Part shown: one piece after another, positions 24,387-38,976 of the stretch
Numbering within the stretch: position 1 is the first letter of the stretch
How the letters are laid out: every line of letters begins with the position of its first letter
Assembly: GCA_028023455.1 (NCBI GenBank)
Contig: JAQFVV010000004.1
Location: 23,808,001-23,872,000, forward strand
DNA: 64,000 bases
Reading direction: 5' to 3'
Source of the DNA: Epiperipatus broadwayi
Taxonomy: Eukaryota > Animalia > Onychophora
Program-made: the position numbers and the translations under genes
The notes under the pieces: model-generated
Told to the model about the DNA's origin: nothing
The model's database searches: none
Seen by the model: the letters and a program-made list of their open reading frames with translations, nothing else

Positions 24387-26120
24387 ATGGAACAAGCTGA
24401 AGAAAAAGCCATCTTGGAAATGCAAAATAACACAGGTTTTTGTCCTTTGCAGCCTACCACTCCATCCAGAGATGCTACTGTCAATAAAAAAATTACCTGT
24501 TCTCAAAAGTTGACCACAGAGGATCCACAGTCCAAATTTCAAACCAATAATCTTCAAAATGAAGCCTCCAGTGAGATCAATAAAAATTCAGATTTCCCAA
24601 GCTTGGAAAATATCAACGGTAAAATTTCTTTTAATTTTTCTAATAAGTCAAAAGTTTCTCAAAATATTAACAAAAAAATTGATAAAAATAGCAAAACTAA
24701 CATAGTCTTCCAATTTAAATGCCTCCCTTCCCAAAATCAACCTAAGATATTAACTAACAGCAAGCCCTCCTATGCTCACATTACACAGGAAGGCCTTAGT
24801 GAGCCTAACGTTATGGCATGGGAAGCTTCAAAAAATCTCAGATTTATTCAATTTATTTGATGAAGAGATTGAGAACTTAACTGATATTTGTAGCAATCCC
24901 AACACACTCAATCTAAATCTAGAGCAAAAAGAAATTGACTTAATAGTAAACAGATTCAGTAATACTATTCCTCCCCAATTACATAAATCATTTCTTAATT
25001 TCCACAGTTAAAACACCCCAATCTTAGCTGTCACTAACACTTCTTGTGATCTATTTAAATTCCCAATTAATGAACTATATTATGAGATAACAAAGAAAAA
25101 ATTATGGAATCTGATTTATAAAATTCTGCAACATCCCAATAATCGATACTTGGTAATTGAATTCAACAATCCCACTCAGAAATTAATCTTCCAAAATTCT
25201 TCACGTATCTTGATGGGGAAAATCATTTGTAATATTAATATGAATTGTCCTACAATCTTGTCAGGCAAAATAAGGAATTGTTACCTTAAATTCAGGGAGA
25301 GTGATTTGCAGCAAATACTCAGGCCCTATGGCAAAGTATCAAACTTTAGATATCAACTGATTAAGGGCATAGACCTTCCAGTTTATTTGAATACTGCCTT
25401 CTTTGATCTTTCCCTGAATAGGGAATCAAACCCCAATGACATTTCCACCCTCTACTATGCGGACACTTCCCCTCTTGTCATTACCTTCCATGGCATTCCT
25501 CCACAGTGTTTCTTCTGCCACCAGAGAGGCCACTTAGTGAGGGACTGCCCAGCCAGAATTTGCCACAATTGCAAAGAATTAAAAGCAAAACTCACCTCTG
25601 TAACTCTAATCCAGTGATGCAGACTATGAAGAGTCCCATGTCCAGGCCTGACTTTGTAACATCTGAACCAATGGAAAGCTCCACTTGTCCTCTAACATCT
25701 CCAGTGGTCCTTTCAGCATCTGAAACAGTAGAAAACTCCACATGTTCTTTATCGTCTCCTGTTGATAAGGTTGGCCCTGACTCTTTGCCTTTACCCACAC
25801 TCTCCATATGTGATTTGGATGAGTCTTTTGAGTCAGCATGTTCAGTCATGGAGGAGACTTCCCCTTTGCCTCTGCCCAACAAAAGAAAGGCAAATGAAGA
25901 AAATATGGATTCAAAATCTTCAGTGAACAAATTATACTCGAAAAAAATAAACAACAAAAGCATGGACTCCTCAGACTCCGAATATCTAATTGCCCGCAAC
26001 CTGGGGAAAAATGCAAGCCTGTTCCTAAGGCATATAGTCAAGCAAGAAATTGTGAATCACCCAATAAAGATACAAGCAAACCTAGCCAAACCCCTGTTCC
26101 AGGTAAGGACATTAAATTAA
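24387..26120 (+). pseudogene. ORF1 (gag-like, RRM-like region plus zinc knuckle), frameshifted
   Basis: ORF pieces 24387-24860, 24772-25011, 25150-25617 and 25506-26120. CFFCHQRGHLVRDC (CX2CX4HX4C) at 25507-25548. Confidence 0.85.
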
Positions 26121-26415
26121 AGCTACCTAAGACCTCCAGGACATCGTATGTTGAAACAGACTCTGTTGAAGGCCTGCATTAGAAAGAGTCTGGGGAGGGA
26201 GCCTCTGACCAGATAGTGAATCCACAAGAAGCTAATACTGGAGTTTCTTACATGGATGGCTTGTGATCCAGAACACCAAAAGCAAAAGTTGGGATGTCCT
26301 CTTGGTAGGACCAATAGTTGCTGAGTGCATGATCACACATTCAAACTCATTTAATCATTTCCAAATTATCACCAATCACCCAATAAATACACAATATCTG
26401 TTAAAATAATGCCTC

Positions 26416-29400
26416 ATGAGGCTCAATATAGCGGGACTTAATATAAGGGGGCTAAATTCCCTGAATAGAGTTGATGCATTGGCCAAATGGTTTAAGCAAT
26501 ACTCACCACATATTGTATGTCTCTCTGAGACCAAATTGCACCAATTTTCAAACCCAAAATCCTGATACTCCTTGGCAATCTGCGATATTTTCATCACTCA
26601 GTTTCTCCTTCGTCTGCTGTTGGAGTGGCAATCTTAATCTCCAATAGTAGCCCATTTGAATCTTTTAAAATTAACTATATAAACCCACATAATTATTGCC
26701 ACCTTATTCCACAAAGCCTTTCTTTAAATATAATTTATGTGTACCTCTACCAAAATGAATTACTAATTCAACAGATAATCCAACAAATTAACATCACAAT
26801 TGCTTCCAACCCCTATCCAACGATTTTCCTTGGGAACTTTGCACCTCCTACCAGGAATTTACAGCCAAATATATACATCGTCTTAATACCAGATTCATGA
26901 GTGGAGAGGGCTTCTTCTCTCCGAATACCTTTTCCTTTTATACAAGAAGGTATACCTCTCTCATAGACCTAATCTACTATACTCCTGATCTACACTTTCT
27001 GATTGACCCCTCACTCCAACCTATAGCATTTTCTGACCATTTGGTATTATACATTAATCTATCTCTAAAACTTGAGTCATCCAATATTCCAGGACTGAGC
27101 ACAACCATGAGAATCCTTCTTAAATCCACATCACCTGAAGCCATAATCTCTGAGGCATACATATATTTTCACAAAATTCATATCCTGTATTTGCCCCAGG
27201 CAATGCCTGGTTTGCCTTCATCCATATTTTAATGTCATTAATCCCAAACTATACATTACATAATAAAGGGCCATCTTCACTCCTGATGGAACTTGAATCA
27301 CTCAACAACTCCCTTAAAATCTTTCCCTTGATACAATTCCTATAGAATCCATCATCAACCTGAAATCCCAATACAAAAATAAACAGTTGATTTTGGCAGA
27401 GTATCTCTCTAGCAAAAAGTCAAAAATTTTCTTGAACCAACCCCACAATTGGTCTAGGGGCTACATTAGGTGGGCTCTGGGCCATAGAGACAAGAAAACA
27501 CTCCTTCATCTATTACAGTTGGAAATAATCTTTACTCAGGATCTAACATGCTTCTAAAAAATTTTTTGTTCTTCAGGGAAAAGTTCTCCATTCGTGCATC
27601 TGACTCTAAACAGGACTCAATTTGGGAATCTTCCTTCTCTGACCATGGATCTCAGAGAGAGATGTTCTGACTAAGTTAACCTCAATGCCTACAAGTATCC
27701 ATCCAGGGCTCCACGCAATTCCCCCATTTCCTTCTGCTACACCTGTCTAAATTCTCGACTCCAATCATGTACAACTTGGTTAATCATCTTTCTTCCGGTG
27801 TCCACAAAATCGGTGGTCTTTATCCCATAGCAATGGTGCCATTTCTAAAGCACAACATAATTCCTTCCCCACTGGAGAATCTGCGGCCCATCTCTATGAT
27901 TCCACTGATGGTCAAGGTCATTTCATCAAAGACAAAATTCAAAATTCAAAACAAGATTCTTCCCCTTATTTCACAATATCAATTTGCAAAAAAGGGCAGC
28001 TCAACCACAAATGCTATCAATCTTTTTAAAATCATTACTGACCACATCAGATCCCCCAGGCAATCTAGATCAGTGGTTGTGCAGCTCGACATTGCAGCTG
28101 CCTTTGATTCTATTCAACTCAATACCCTTTTAAACATACTTGGTGTATTCAACTCAATGCCCTTTTAAACATACTTGGTGAGCATGACATTTTTACTGGA
28201 ATCATAAATATCATCATAAACCTCCTCTACAATCGTGAATTGAGCATCTCACTTAATGGGAAGCTTTCTCCCCCATTATACACCACATCCTCCATTCCAC
28301 AAGGCTCTCCCCTGAATGCCTGTTTTTCATTACTTACCTCAACCTTCTGCTTCTTCAAATTGAGAGATCTCTTCCTGGCATTCATATCCCAATTTTAAAT
28401 ACATCAATTCATCACATCATCTATATGGATGACTTGGCCATTTTCCTTCCATCAAAAAAATTAATTCCAAGACTCTTATCAATACTTAAAGAATTCTTCA
28501 ATCAATCTGGCCTCCAATTCAATATGGCCAAGTCATCTGCCTGGTATATATCTTTGGGTAAGATCATTCCAGGACCATTTGCAGCAAGGCCTCAGAACTT
28601 CTTGGGCTTCCCTATATTTGAATCCATTTCTGCCATGAGAAGATCTATCCAAGGAAAGCTACTTCAATCCACATAAAGAATCACATCATCTCTATCCAAA
28701 GTTTACATGTCCATGTTCGCCAAGTCCTCCCTCATCAACATACTAATATTCCCTAGAATATCCTATTTCACCCCAGTAGTCAATTTTACCAAAGTCTTCA
28801 TCAGGAAAACACACAAGATGTGCACTGATCTGATTAGAGGGGGAAAAAGTGCAACCATAAGCTTGAGAAATCTACAGAAACACACAAAACTCAATGGATT
28901 ATCCCTACATTCCATAGATACTTTTATATTTCAACATTCCTACAATTCTTTCTACAGAATGTGTCTGCAGTCTTCTAACTACTCACATTCCAGAGAGGTC
29001 ACTCCCACAGATAAACCACCCCCTATTGGTATTGACTGGCTGGCAGCCCTCACGTGTCTTACCTCCAAACATACTATGCTTACTATAAAATCATCCTCAA
29101 TGAAAATCAAGTTCTGGGATGCATACTACATCCTTAATCCTGATGATTCTGCAGGATCAACTATCCTCAGGCTTAACAACCATCTGCTAATCAAGAAATT
29201 TAAGTGATGGTTCCTTAAACCCAAATATTTTGATTTCCTGATGAAGATAAATATTAATGCCTTGCCTACTAAACACTTTCTGGTGCATCACCGAGAATTC
29301 TCAAACATAGAGTCCACTTGCTCACTATACCTCAGAGAGGAGAAAAACTTGTCTTCACCTTCTCTGCCACTGTGTTTCCCTTCACCCCTACAGAGTCCTT

Positions 29401-29600
29401 ATAGCCTCTATGTTAAATAATATGCCTGCCCTGTCAACTCTCATTGACAATATACTATGTGGATCCATCCCAGAGATACGAATAACAACATTTGTCCTGT
29501 TCTCACTATGGTACACACGGTGCTGGTCACCTTTAATCATGCACTAGAATGTCCACTCGAGCTCCATATTAACAAAATGGAAAAAATTCAGAAAAGGGAT
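26416..29600 (+). pseudogene. ORF2 (APE endonuclease plus reverse transcriptase), multiple frameshifts and stops
   Basis: NIRGL and CLSETK, FSDH (~27030), LRPISM, QLDIAAAFDSI, PQGSPL, YMDD (28422-28433), SGLQFNMAKS. Confidence 0.9.
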
Positions 29601-32600
29601 CAGAATTTGGCCCTCTTACATCTATGACTCTAAATGGAGGTTATTGATCTGGCCCCCAAAGCTGGTCCCTTTCACTCCTGAATAGAAATCTCCTTCCCAG
29701 GAGAGTAATTTGAGGCTGAATGGCCTGCATCTCTTTGTGATAACTCACCTTGCTCTGCATGATTATTGCCCAGACCCTGAGTTGTTACGGAAGCAACCTC
29801 CAATATGAAGGGTTGACTTGGTCATGCGGAGCATGGACAAAGGATTAGACCTATCACTGAACTATATGAGACATGCAAGCATGGTCATCTATATCAACAA
29901 GATACTATTCCGGACTCATTCCTTGCTGATATGCTTCATATTAGTCCTTTTGGCTAGTGTCAAACAATATATCAATATTGAGCTTTTATCCCCCTGAGTA
30001 TCATGTAATATATCCTATGTTTAACTATTATCATATACTGTAACCAAATTTCTGAATAAAATTCTATATTTTATAAAAAAAAAGATTGTAAAGACATAAA
30101 AGTAATCAAGTAAATCTTGCTATACCAATCCTGCAGTTCAGCTAAATTTTTTTAAAAAAAAAAAGTTATTTACACAGCTTAAAACTACCATCAGATAACT
30201 TCAATCTCAATGTCTGATCCACTTACAGAATCTTTTCTATATAACAAATTATTATAGATGTTGTTTTAATAAATATTAATGCAGTATATTCTCTTAAATA
30301 TTTATGAGGGTATAAACCAAAAGCACATGCATTTGCATGCTTTACTATTTAAATAATTTACTTTTGTAAAAGAAAGATAGATGGAATCTGCATTATGTTT
30401 TTCAGTTTGCTTGGTTTTGTTACTGTTACTATGCACTTTGATGAAGGTACAAAAATTTCCTAGGTTAAGAAGCCAGAAAATCCAATGTATTATTACTATC
30501 ATTGTATGTAAATGTAAAATACATAAAGTAGGCATTAAATAAATAAACTGACAGTATTGATTTACCTTTCTATAAATAATGGTTTTGGAGATTGGGGCTG
30601 CAACAAATTATTCTAGTAGTTCTACAACATGAGTGGTCAAACTCCAGTTCATAAACTGTTTGATATGTGATTTATATTGGCAGATCTTGTTTCCAGAACA
30701 AAAGTGAATTGTAAACAAAATATTTTTCAAACTTTATAATTAATTTTACCCATTACATTTTTGCCAGTCTCATTTAATATTATTGAAATAGAAATTTGCA
30801 TATTTTTCTTAGATATTTCCATTGTTCATTATCTCATTAAATATGTTCAGTATAGTTAAAACAATAATCAATTAGTTTATTTTTTAATTATTGAAATGAA
30901 TACATATTAACAGTTTAAATCCAGCTTATTTAAATGAATATTATTACACACATGTATTAGTTAAACTGAAAAATACCTTAATTTCACTGGCTATCATATA
31001 AAAATTGTTACAAAGCAGCACATCACATAAAAATCTCCAATTAGTCTTACCAAGCAATGTCTAGGTAACATTATGAAAAGATAAAAAATGGTAAATTTTT
31101 CATGGCATATTAGAGTAAAATTATAAATCAACTAAGAAATTATTAGAACTTCCTATAAATTAGTTTAGATTAAATGTTTTCAATATACTCTACATTAATG
31201 CATATATAATAAATTGAAATATCAGAAGCTACATTGGATGTCACATATAAATTATATCAGACAGCCAGAACTTAAAATCTCCAGCTAAAATTTGCCAACC
31301 ATTGTCAATATCACATTGCATATCGATAAAAAATAATTTTCTATCCATATATACACTGTTAGATAGATTACAGTACACGCTAAATCAAATAATGAAGCAA
31401 AACTATAAATCAACCCGAGAAATTATTACATTTTCATAGAAATCGGCCTAGATTAAACGTTTTCACGGTAGAATTAATAATTAATCATTGTGCTGGATAA
31501 ATAAGAAATGTGAATATGATAACCGGTGTACTTTTTGGCTTGGGGGTGTGGTTAACTATATATGTATTCATGAATAGTAGTTTGTTTTTAAGATTTTAAA
31601 GTGATTAATTAATTATCAATTCTATCTCGAAAATTTAATCTAGACTGAGTTGTATAAAGTTCTAGTAACTTTTTAGGTAATTTACAATTCCCTCAGTATT
31701 TGTGTTGGCATGTGTCGCAGTCTATATATCGCAAAGCAGGACGAAAAGTGGGTTATTATTTTTTATTTATGAATAATGGTGACTTATCAATAACAAGATT
31801 TAGCTGAAGATTTTAAAATTGTTGCGGCTGGAAGTGTGACATAATTTGTGTATTATAAGTTTAATATACATTATTTTTATTTTCAAAATCTATATGTAGA
31901 ATGACAATGACTTCTAAATGTACTGGAAATGAGTATAAAACGGATTGACATATCTTCATTAATAAAAATCTAAAAAAAAAAAAAAAAGAATTATTGATCT
32001 TTTTTTTATTTTTAATCTGGAGTATTTTTTACTCTTTAATGGAGTAGATCTGTAATTAGTATTTTGCTGTTTTATAGTTTATCTAATCTTAGCAAATAAT
32101 TTTCTTTTCATTAAATACTTTTTCTCTGACCAAATTTGTAAAATCCTTGTCTTCAAACAGCATTTCATTTATAGGATTATTGAATCAATAATCTACAAAT
32201 GAAAACTTTTGGAAAATAAGGATTTTACCAGTATAAATAAACAAAGAAAAACTATTTAGTTAAACTGAGTATGAGACAATAAAATAATTATACATTTTAC
32301 CTTCCACCAGCAAATAAAAAATGTTCTTTGGGGGAGGGGGGGCAATTGTACAGCATGGATTTATGCAATAGCAGAGTGAGAAGCCTTTGAAGCTCCAAGA
32401 CCCAGCTTAGCTAATTCCCGTGCTCAAACTTTATATAAATTTTCCATTAAATTATTTTGATTCAACAACATAGCATGCACTTTGTTACAATAATGATTTG
32501 TCAAAAATACCCCCCTCCCCCCCAAAAAAAAAACAAAAAAAAAACTCTATCTAAAATTAAATTACTCAATTTGTTGAACTATTTAAGTAAAAATATTTTA

Positions 32601-32603
32601 TCT

Positions 32604-32706
32604 GTCAAGCGTTGTTAGCCGAGAGGTCAGCGCAGCTGCCTTGCAAGCAAGCAGTTGTTTGCAGACGGTTGTTGCGGGTTCGCCTCCCGGCAGATGGTAT
32701 GATATA
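32604..32706 (+). mobile_element. tRNA-Gly-derived mini-SINE, copy 2
   Basis: gtcaagcgttgttagccgagaggtcagc...gggttcgcctcccggcagatgg. TSD short or eroded (ttttatct). Confidence 0.75.
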
Positions 32707-35700
32707 TGGAAAAATTTTTTTTTTTATCTTAACTCATACTTCATTAAATCATTCAGATTCTATGATACATAATAATGATTTGTGAAACTAACAATAATTA
32801 TGGTGGAAATGAAAAAACACCGACAACAATATTTTTACCTATTACACATTCATTTACAAATGTTAATTTTATATTCACTACTATGATAGCAATCATTTCA
32901 GATAAATGCATTAGACTATTGATTATTCCTAGCCCAGACATACACTTTAAACTTCAGTTAAGGATTAATACATTTGTTTTTTCTTTAATTAAACACAAAG
33001 ACGTGGAATAACTCAATTTTATCTTTTTTTTGCAAGAAGAATATGTTTCTTAGTATGACAAATGACTCCCAGGATGCATCTTATTCAGCACACTTTAGAT
33101 GGCCTAGATCAAAACTTTTTACATACATCTTCATCATTTGATTAATATTTATCAATATCAAATTATTACACTATGATTTATAAGTGTTAAACTTTTGGCA
33201 CATACAACTACAATGCCAATATCTTGAGAAAAATACATTAATGAGTATTACTAATCATATATTAAACTATAAACTTTAAATCACAGTTAAAGATTAGTAT
33301 ATCTGTTGTTTTTTTTATTAACATTATCACAGAATAATTATCTCTCTTTTTCCTTAAGTAACTTGTACTCCTCCACACATTGCTGAAACTTATGAATAAA
33401 GGTATATGAAAAAGGTAAATGATACTCTAGATGCATTTCCTAATGAACTAGCACTTTTCAGTTGGCCTACTTATTTAATTACATATATTTTAAATATTTT
33501 TCTATAAATCTAAATCCACATCACTTTAAATCTTAAGTATAAAAAAATCTAGCATTCCTCCCACTTCATTTTATTATTATTATTTTTCACTTTGTATATT
33601 ATTTTTATTCTAAATTTTAAATTTAATGACTTGTTTGAAGTATCTGCCTCTATTTTTAGAATTTCATTTTGCATATTTATAGGTAACTATTATTAATTCA
33701 AATTCTTTTAGATTATATAACATGGCATCATAATGATATACATAGAAACTAATTTTCATAGTGTTAATGAAAAATTGAATTGTTAAAACATGTTTAAATC
33801 TGAATGCTATATAAATACATTTTCTACATATTAATTTTTAGCTGTAAATGACATATAAATAAATAAAAATGTTGCAATTAAATGGTAAAAATTTATTTCC
33901 AATAATTAAAAAAATGAAAGAAAAATAAAGTCACAACTTCTAATATCAAATCACTCTTACTTTAGATGAGATAATAAAAAAATCACATGACAGAGTTAAA
34001 TCTGTAATTTAAAGAAGCTAAAACTAATCCTTAAGCTGTATAAAATTCACAACTGTAAGCAGTAGTCCAAAAGCAAAAAAATATTATTCCACGCTAAAAC
34101 TTTATTTTGAACAGTAAATGAAACATCCAGAATATGTTAGCAACTTATAATGTTAGATTACTAAATATTACACCAGACAATATTAAAAGAAAAAAAGATA
34201 CTGTCAGAGTTTAATACTTGTAATACATCTTTATAAAAAGTTAAACCTATTCTTAAGCTGTATGAAATTATTAAAAAGCAAAAAATTTACAATTCTACAT
34301 TAAAAATTAATTTTCTTAAAATACAGCTATAGTTTAAGGTTCATGCAAGATTTTGTCAGCCACTTAACACATTTCAATGTAGTTAAACTGCCATATCCCT
34401 AACACATTATTTTATGAAGCAATTTATTTTATCCTAAGTTGAATGTATAAATACCTATTTATTTGCAATTCTGTATGTAAGTTAAAATCATTTGTGATTC
34501 TATGTTAAAAATTCACCATTTTTTTTAAAAAAGGAAACTAAAAAAACACCAACAGATTTAATGTCTGTGCAAGGTTACACCACTCTAATTTATTATAGAA
34601 ATATGTATTCAGAATATGGGGTGGTTTCTCTTTATAGAGTCAAAGATGAATTGTTAAAAAATCATACTAGTTTATTTATTATTCATTCTTAATTTTGCAT
34701 GAGATATAAAACCAAAAATAAAATTTATAATTCTCTACTAAATATTTATCCTCAAAATGTTAACAGAAAACGTTTTTTTATGAGATAATCATTTTATGTT
34801 AGATCAGTTTTTGAAAAAGCTGCAAAGAGGTTTAAATTTTTATTATGATTTTTTATTTTTTTAATGCAAACATTCAAATAAATTGAAGTTAAGTAATGCA
34901 TTCAATTTTTTTTACTTAATTAATTTTTTTTAAGCAATACAGCTATATATTAACAAATTAACCAAGTTTTTAAGTATTTCTCTTATTTTCATCATTTTAA
35001 TTATAGTACAATATTTCTATTATTATTATATGAATATTCACCAATAAGCTATATTTAAGTTATATTAATGCATTATATTTTATTTTTAAACAGATTTTAT
35101 TTTACCAAAACAATTACAAGATTTGTATGTGGATGATTTTGTGCACTTCTGAAAAATTTTTGAATTTGAACCCAGAATTTTGAAATAATGTTAGACTACC
35201 TGCATTTGTTTTTTTAACTTAAATATATTTGCCTTTGAGACAAAGTAATTTTAAAACTTCCTGAGTTTATTAAACCTGAAACTAATAAAATTTACTTTGG
35301 ATTAGAGAAGGCATCACTATCAATGGTAATAACATTAACTTTAAAACGTTCTAAAGAATTCCCACTTTTTCTAACACTTAAAATTTATTTCATTTTCTAC
35401 TTGAAAGTTAAAAAGATACGTTTTTTTAAATAACATTCTAAAAAGCATAATTATAAAAACATATCTAGATATTAAATAATAATTTTATTATTTAACCAAA
35501 ATAAAAATGGGAAAAACTATTAACACAAAACTTTTTTTGTGTGCAACAGTAAACTATAATATATAAACAAAATTCTTGCCGATGACAACAAATCAAATAC
35601 TGATTGATAATTTTGTATATTTAATCGGAAATTTACAAAGGTAAATAGCCTAAAATAATCAAACTTTATTACAAAATAATAAAACCATAATTCTTGATAA

Positions 35701-36318
35701 AATGTCAAGCATTAAGTTCTAAAAATGCGAAATTAAAAAAAAATAGTGGTAAATTTCTTTTAATAAAAAAGTTAAATTGCAATAAAGGCCAATTTCTCAT
35801 TATTTTCAAGAAATGTTAATAAATTCATCATTATTAATGGATCTATTAATCTAATTGACTAAGAAATTCTCAATCATAGCAGTTCATGGTAAAGTTTCAA
35901 AAAATATGCTTCAACTTTACCTGAATTTCAATTATGTAACAGATGTGCAAACAATCGAGCGCTTTTTTAAAAAAATAAAAAGCTTTTTAATTACCTTATA
36001 GACTTCTGTTGTTATGACAACAGCAGGTTTGACTAATATTTAGAAGTGAAACAATACGGTATTTGCACAAATTAGAATTTTATATTGTAAAATGTTTTAG
36101 ATTAATATATTTTATAAAATTCTATATTAAATTACAAGGTAAATTCTAATGGGGGGGGGGGGAAAGAGGGCAATAAGAAAACTTGGAGAAAAAAGTTTAT
36201 TCAAAACTACTATTCAAAATGTAATTTTTAATCAAAATATGACTATTTCTCTCTTTTTTACTTTTCTGCTTGCAGTATTTTATATTGCTAATACTTTCCA
36301 TCATAATTTTATATTAGA

Positions 36319-38815
36319 ATCATCATCATTTTCAAGCATTGTCGATCCACAGCAGAATAAAGGCCTCTCCATGTTCAGTCCATCTTCTTCAACATCTAGG
36401 GCTCTCTTAGCCACATCACCCCAGCACACTTTCTTATTTGATCAGTCCATCTCACATGTGGTCATTTTCTAGGTCTTTCACAATCTCTTGGAATCCAATT
36501 TAATAAGATTTCAACTGTTCATTTATTTTCATCTTCTCTAACAATATGTCCAGTCCAACCCCATTTTAGTTTCTTACTTCTTTCAATGATGTCAGTAACA
36601 CAGGTTTGTTATCTTATCTGTGTATTTTATTTTTGATCTCTTCTTGTTATTCCTAACATACATCTTGGTAACTTTGTTAAATAGTCTGAAGTCTCTGTAT
36701 TGTTCTTCTGTTAGGTGCCCAAGTCTCAGATCCATAATGATTCATCATTATCAATCTTTATTTTCTTAGTTTGAGAAAATCCATTGAATATTACTTTAGT
36801 TTTTTTAACGTTTATCATTATTCTTATTTTCTTATTTTCATTTGATAACTTCTGTAACATTTCCTAAAGCTCTAAAGCATTATTTAAAAAAAAAAAACAA
36901 CTATATCATCTGCAAAATCCAGATGACTTAAATAATCTCATTTACTTTTATTCCCTTAGCTTTTCATTTTAATCCACAAAGTACTTCTTGTAAAATTGTT
37001 CTGGAGATATGGAGTCACCCTGTTGTACACTCTTCTCAATATTAATATTTTTAGTATCATTACGAAATGTAATTATTGCTGTTGCATTTTTATAAATATT
37101 CTTCAAAATTTGACAATGCCCTTGGACTATATCTTGAGGATCCAATGTTTTAATCACTGATGAAATGCTTACAGAATCAAATATTTTTTCATAATCTACA
37201 AATCCAAAACATAATGCATTGGTCCTTTATAATTTCTCTCACCATACTAAACTACTTTTAAATTCAGCTTGTTCTTTTGTTTGGTTAAAATCCAAAGTTT
37301 GCTATAGACGAGTTGTAATTATTTGGATAAAATATTTATATAGAACTGATAAAAGACTGATAGATCTGTAATCTCTAATATCTTCTTCTATCCCATTTTT
37401 AAAATATTGATTTACATCTTTACATTTAAACATTGAATATATAACTTTGCCAAAAAAATTCTATCTCTTGTAGCTTTCCTCTTTCTTCATAAATTTAATT
37501 GCATGTCTCACTTCTTCATTTAAAATTCTGGGTAATTCAGAAGATACACATTTCACGATGTTCATCTCTCTTTTTATTAATAAATCTATCTTTTTATTTA
37601 TTTATTGCAGAAATAAGTTTTCTAGCAATACCAAGATATTATTTTATATATTTTTAAAACTTATATTCTCTTCTACAATTTTCCTTGCTAATTCACAATT
37701 ATATTTTCTTATATCATTATCAAGACTTTTTTACATCATTTTACAAAATTTGAGATATTCAATCCTTGTTAATGCATCATTTTTATTTGCATTCCTTCTT
37801 CTTATCTTCATAAATTGTCTTATCTGAGTAAAAATTTTAGTGGTCAATTACTGCTTTTTGGTACCAGTTCATTTTTGTTGTAGATTTTAAAAGTGTATCA
37901 GTTATCTTTTTGATTTCATTTATATCTGAATTATGTTCAAAATCTATTAATATTTGAAAACAATTTGCAAGTTCTAATTTAAATTCAGTGAAATGTTTCC
38001 AAAGGTTAGGAATATCTGTGAATATTGTTTTTCTTAACATTTATCTCACATACCACTAATCAATGATCACTTCCTGTGTTCAATTTATTACGAACATTAA
38101 GCAATCTTGAAATACATATTTTCTGTTAGTCAAAATATAATCCAGTTCTAGACTTCATTTGAATGCTCCCATGTCCATTCCCATTTAACATTTTTTTAAA
38201 AAAAGAAAAATGTAGTTTTTCTTTTTCTGCAAATTCTACAAGTCTATGACCTCTCTCACTTCTATCACCATAATCAATTTTACCTACAGCATTTTCATCT
38301 TTCAATTGTTTATCAATTCTAGCATTAAAGTCTCCCATGACAATTTTAAAATGTTTTTGTGATCAAAAACCTTTTGTACACCCATTTAAAAATCCTCTAC
38401 TTTGTCATCACAATGAGAACTTATTGGGGCATAAATGTGCATTTGGTATCTGCTATCAAGTTGAATGACTAATCTTGCCACTCTGTCTATACACCAAAAA
38501 TTTCCTCAATGTTGTTCTTCCATTTTTTATTTAAAATAATTTTTACCCCATTTATACATGCCCACTTTACAAAACAATTGTCTCTTTACTTTTTCTTTTA
38601 ATTTCACAAAGACCAGTAATATCCCATTTAATATGATGGTTCTTCCAATTCTTGCAATCTTCCTTCATTGTAAGTACCTACATAAAATGTCACCATTAAA
38701 TGGCAGCCTGGGTCTGCAAACAGGAGATTTTTAGCACTCTTGGCTTTTGGCCACCAACCACTATCTTGGCTGGTGACTTTACAACCTCCTGTGATTAAGA
38801 GACATAATTTATTTT
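36319..38815 (-). mobile_element. RTE-clade LINE, near full-length but decayed and internally deleted
   Basis: IYAP, MGDFNAR (38126-38338 ORF), QGDSISP (~37015), FADD (36905-36916), and a 3' (ATG)n tail at 36319. Confidence 0.85.
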
Positions 38816-38900
38816 TGTCTGTTATGATTGTAAATATTACAAAAAAAAAATCATTTATACATACATTCATTCTGCATTTATAAAAACTAAACTGATTACA

Positions 38901-38976
38901 TCACATGATCACATTTCCTATACTAGCACTCTGTTTAGCACAGGTGGCAATACTGTATGGAGAGTTTTGCTGTTTA
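38901..38976. mobile_element. 76-bp family A insertion with internal inversion
   Basis: 13-bp TSD taaactgattaca (38888-38900 / 38977-38989). A minus-sense 3' end is joined to the plus-sense upstream segment. Confidence 0.75.

Larger units (their letters stand above)
24188..30081 (+). mobile_element. Full-length-looking L1/Tx1-like non-LTR retrotransposon, inactivated
   Basis: 15-bp TSD aagattgtaaagaca (24173-24187 / 30082-30096), A tail, two-ORF layout with CCHC gag-like ORF1 and APE-RT ORF2. Confidence 0.92.

Noticed and set aside
25592-26597. Minus-strand ORFs inside the L1/Tx1-like element
   Set aside because: Shadow frames of ORF1/ORF2.
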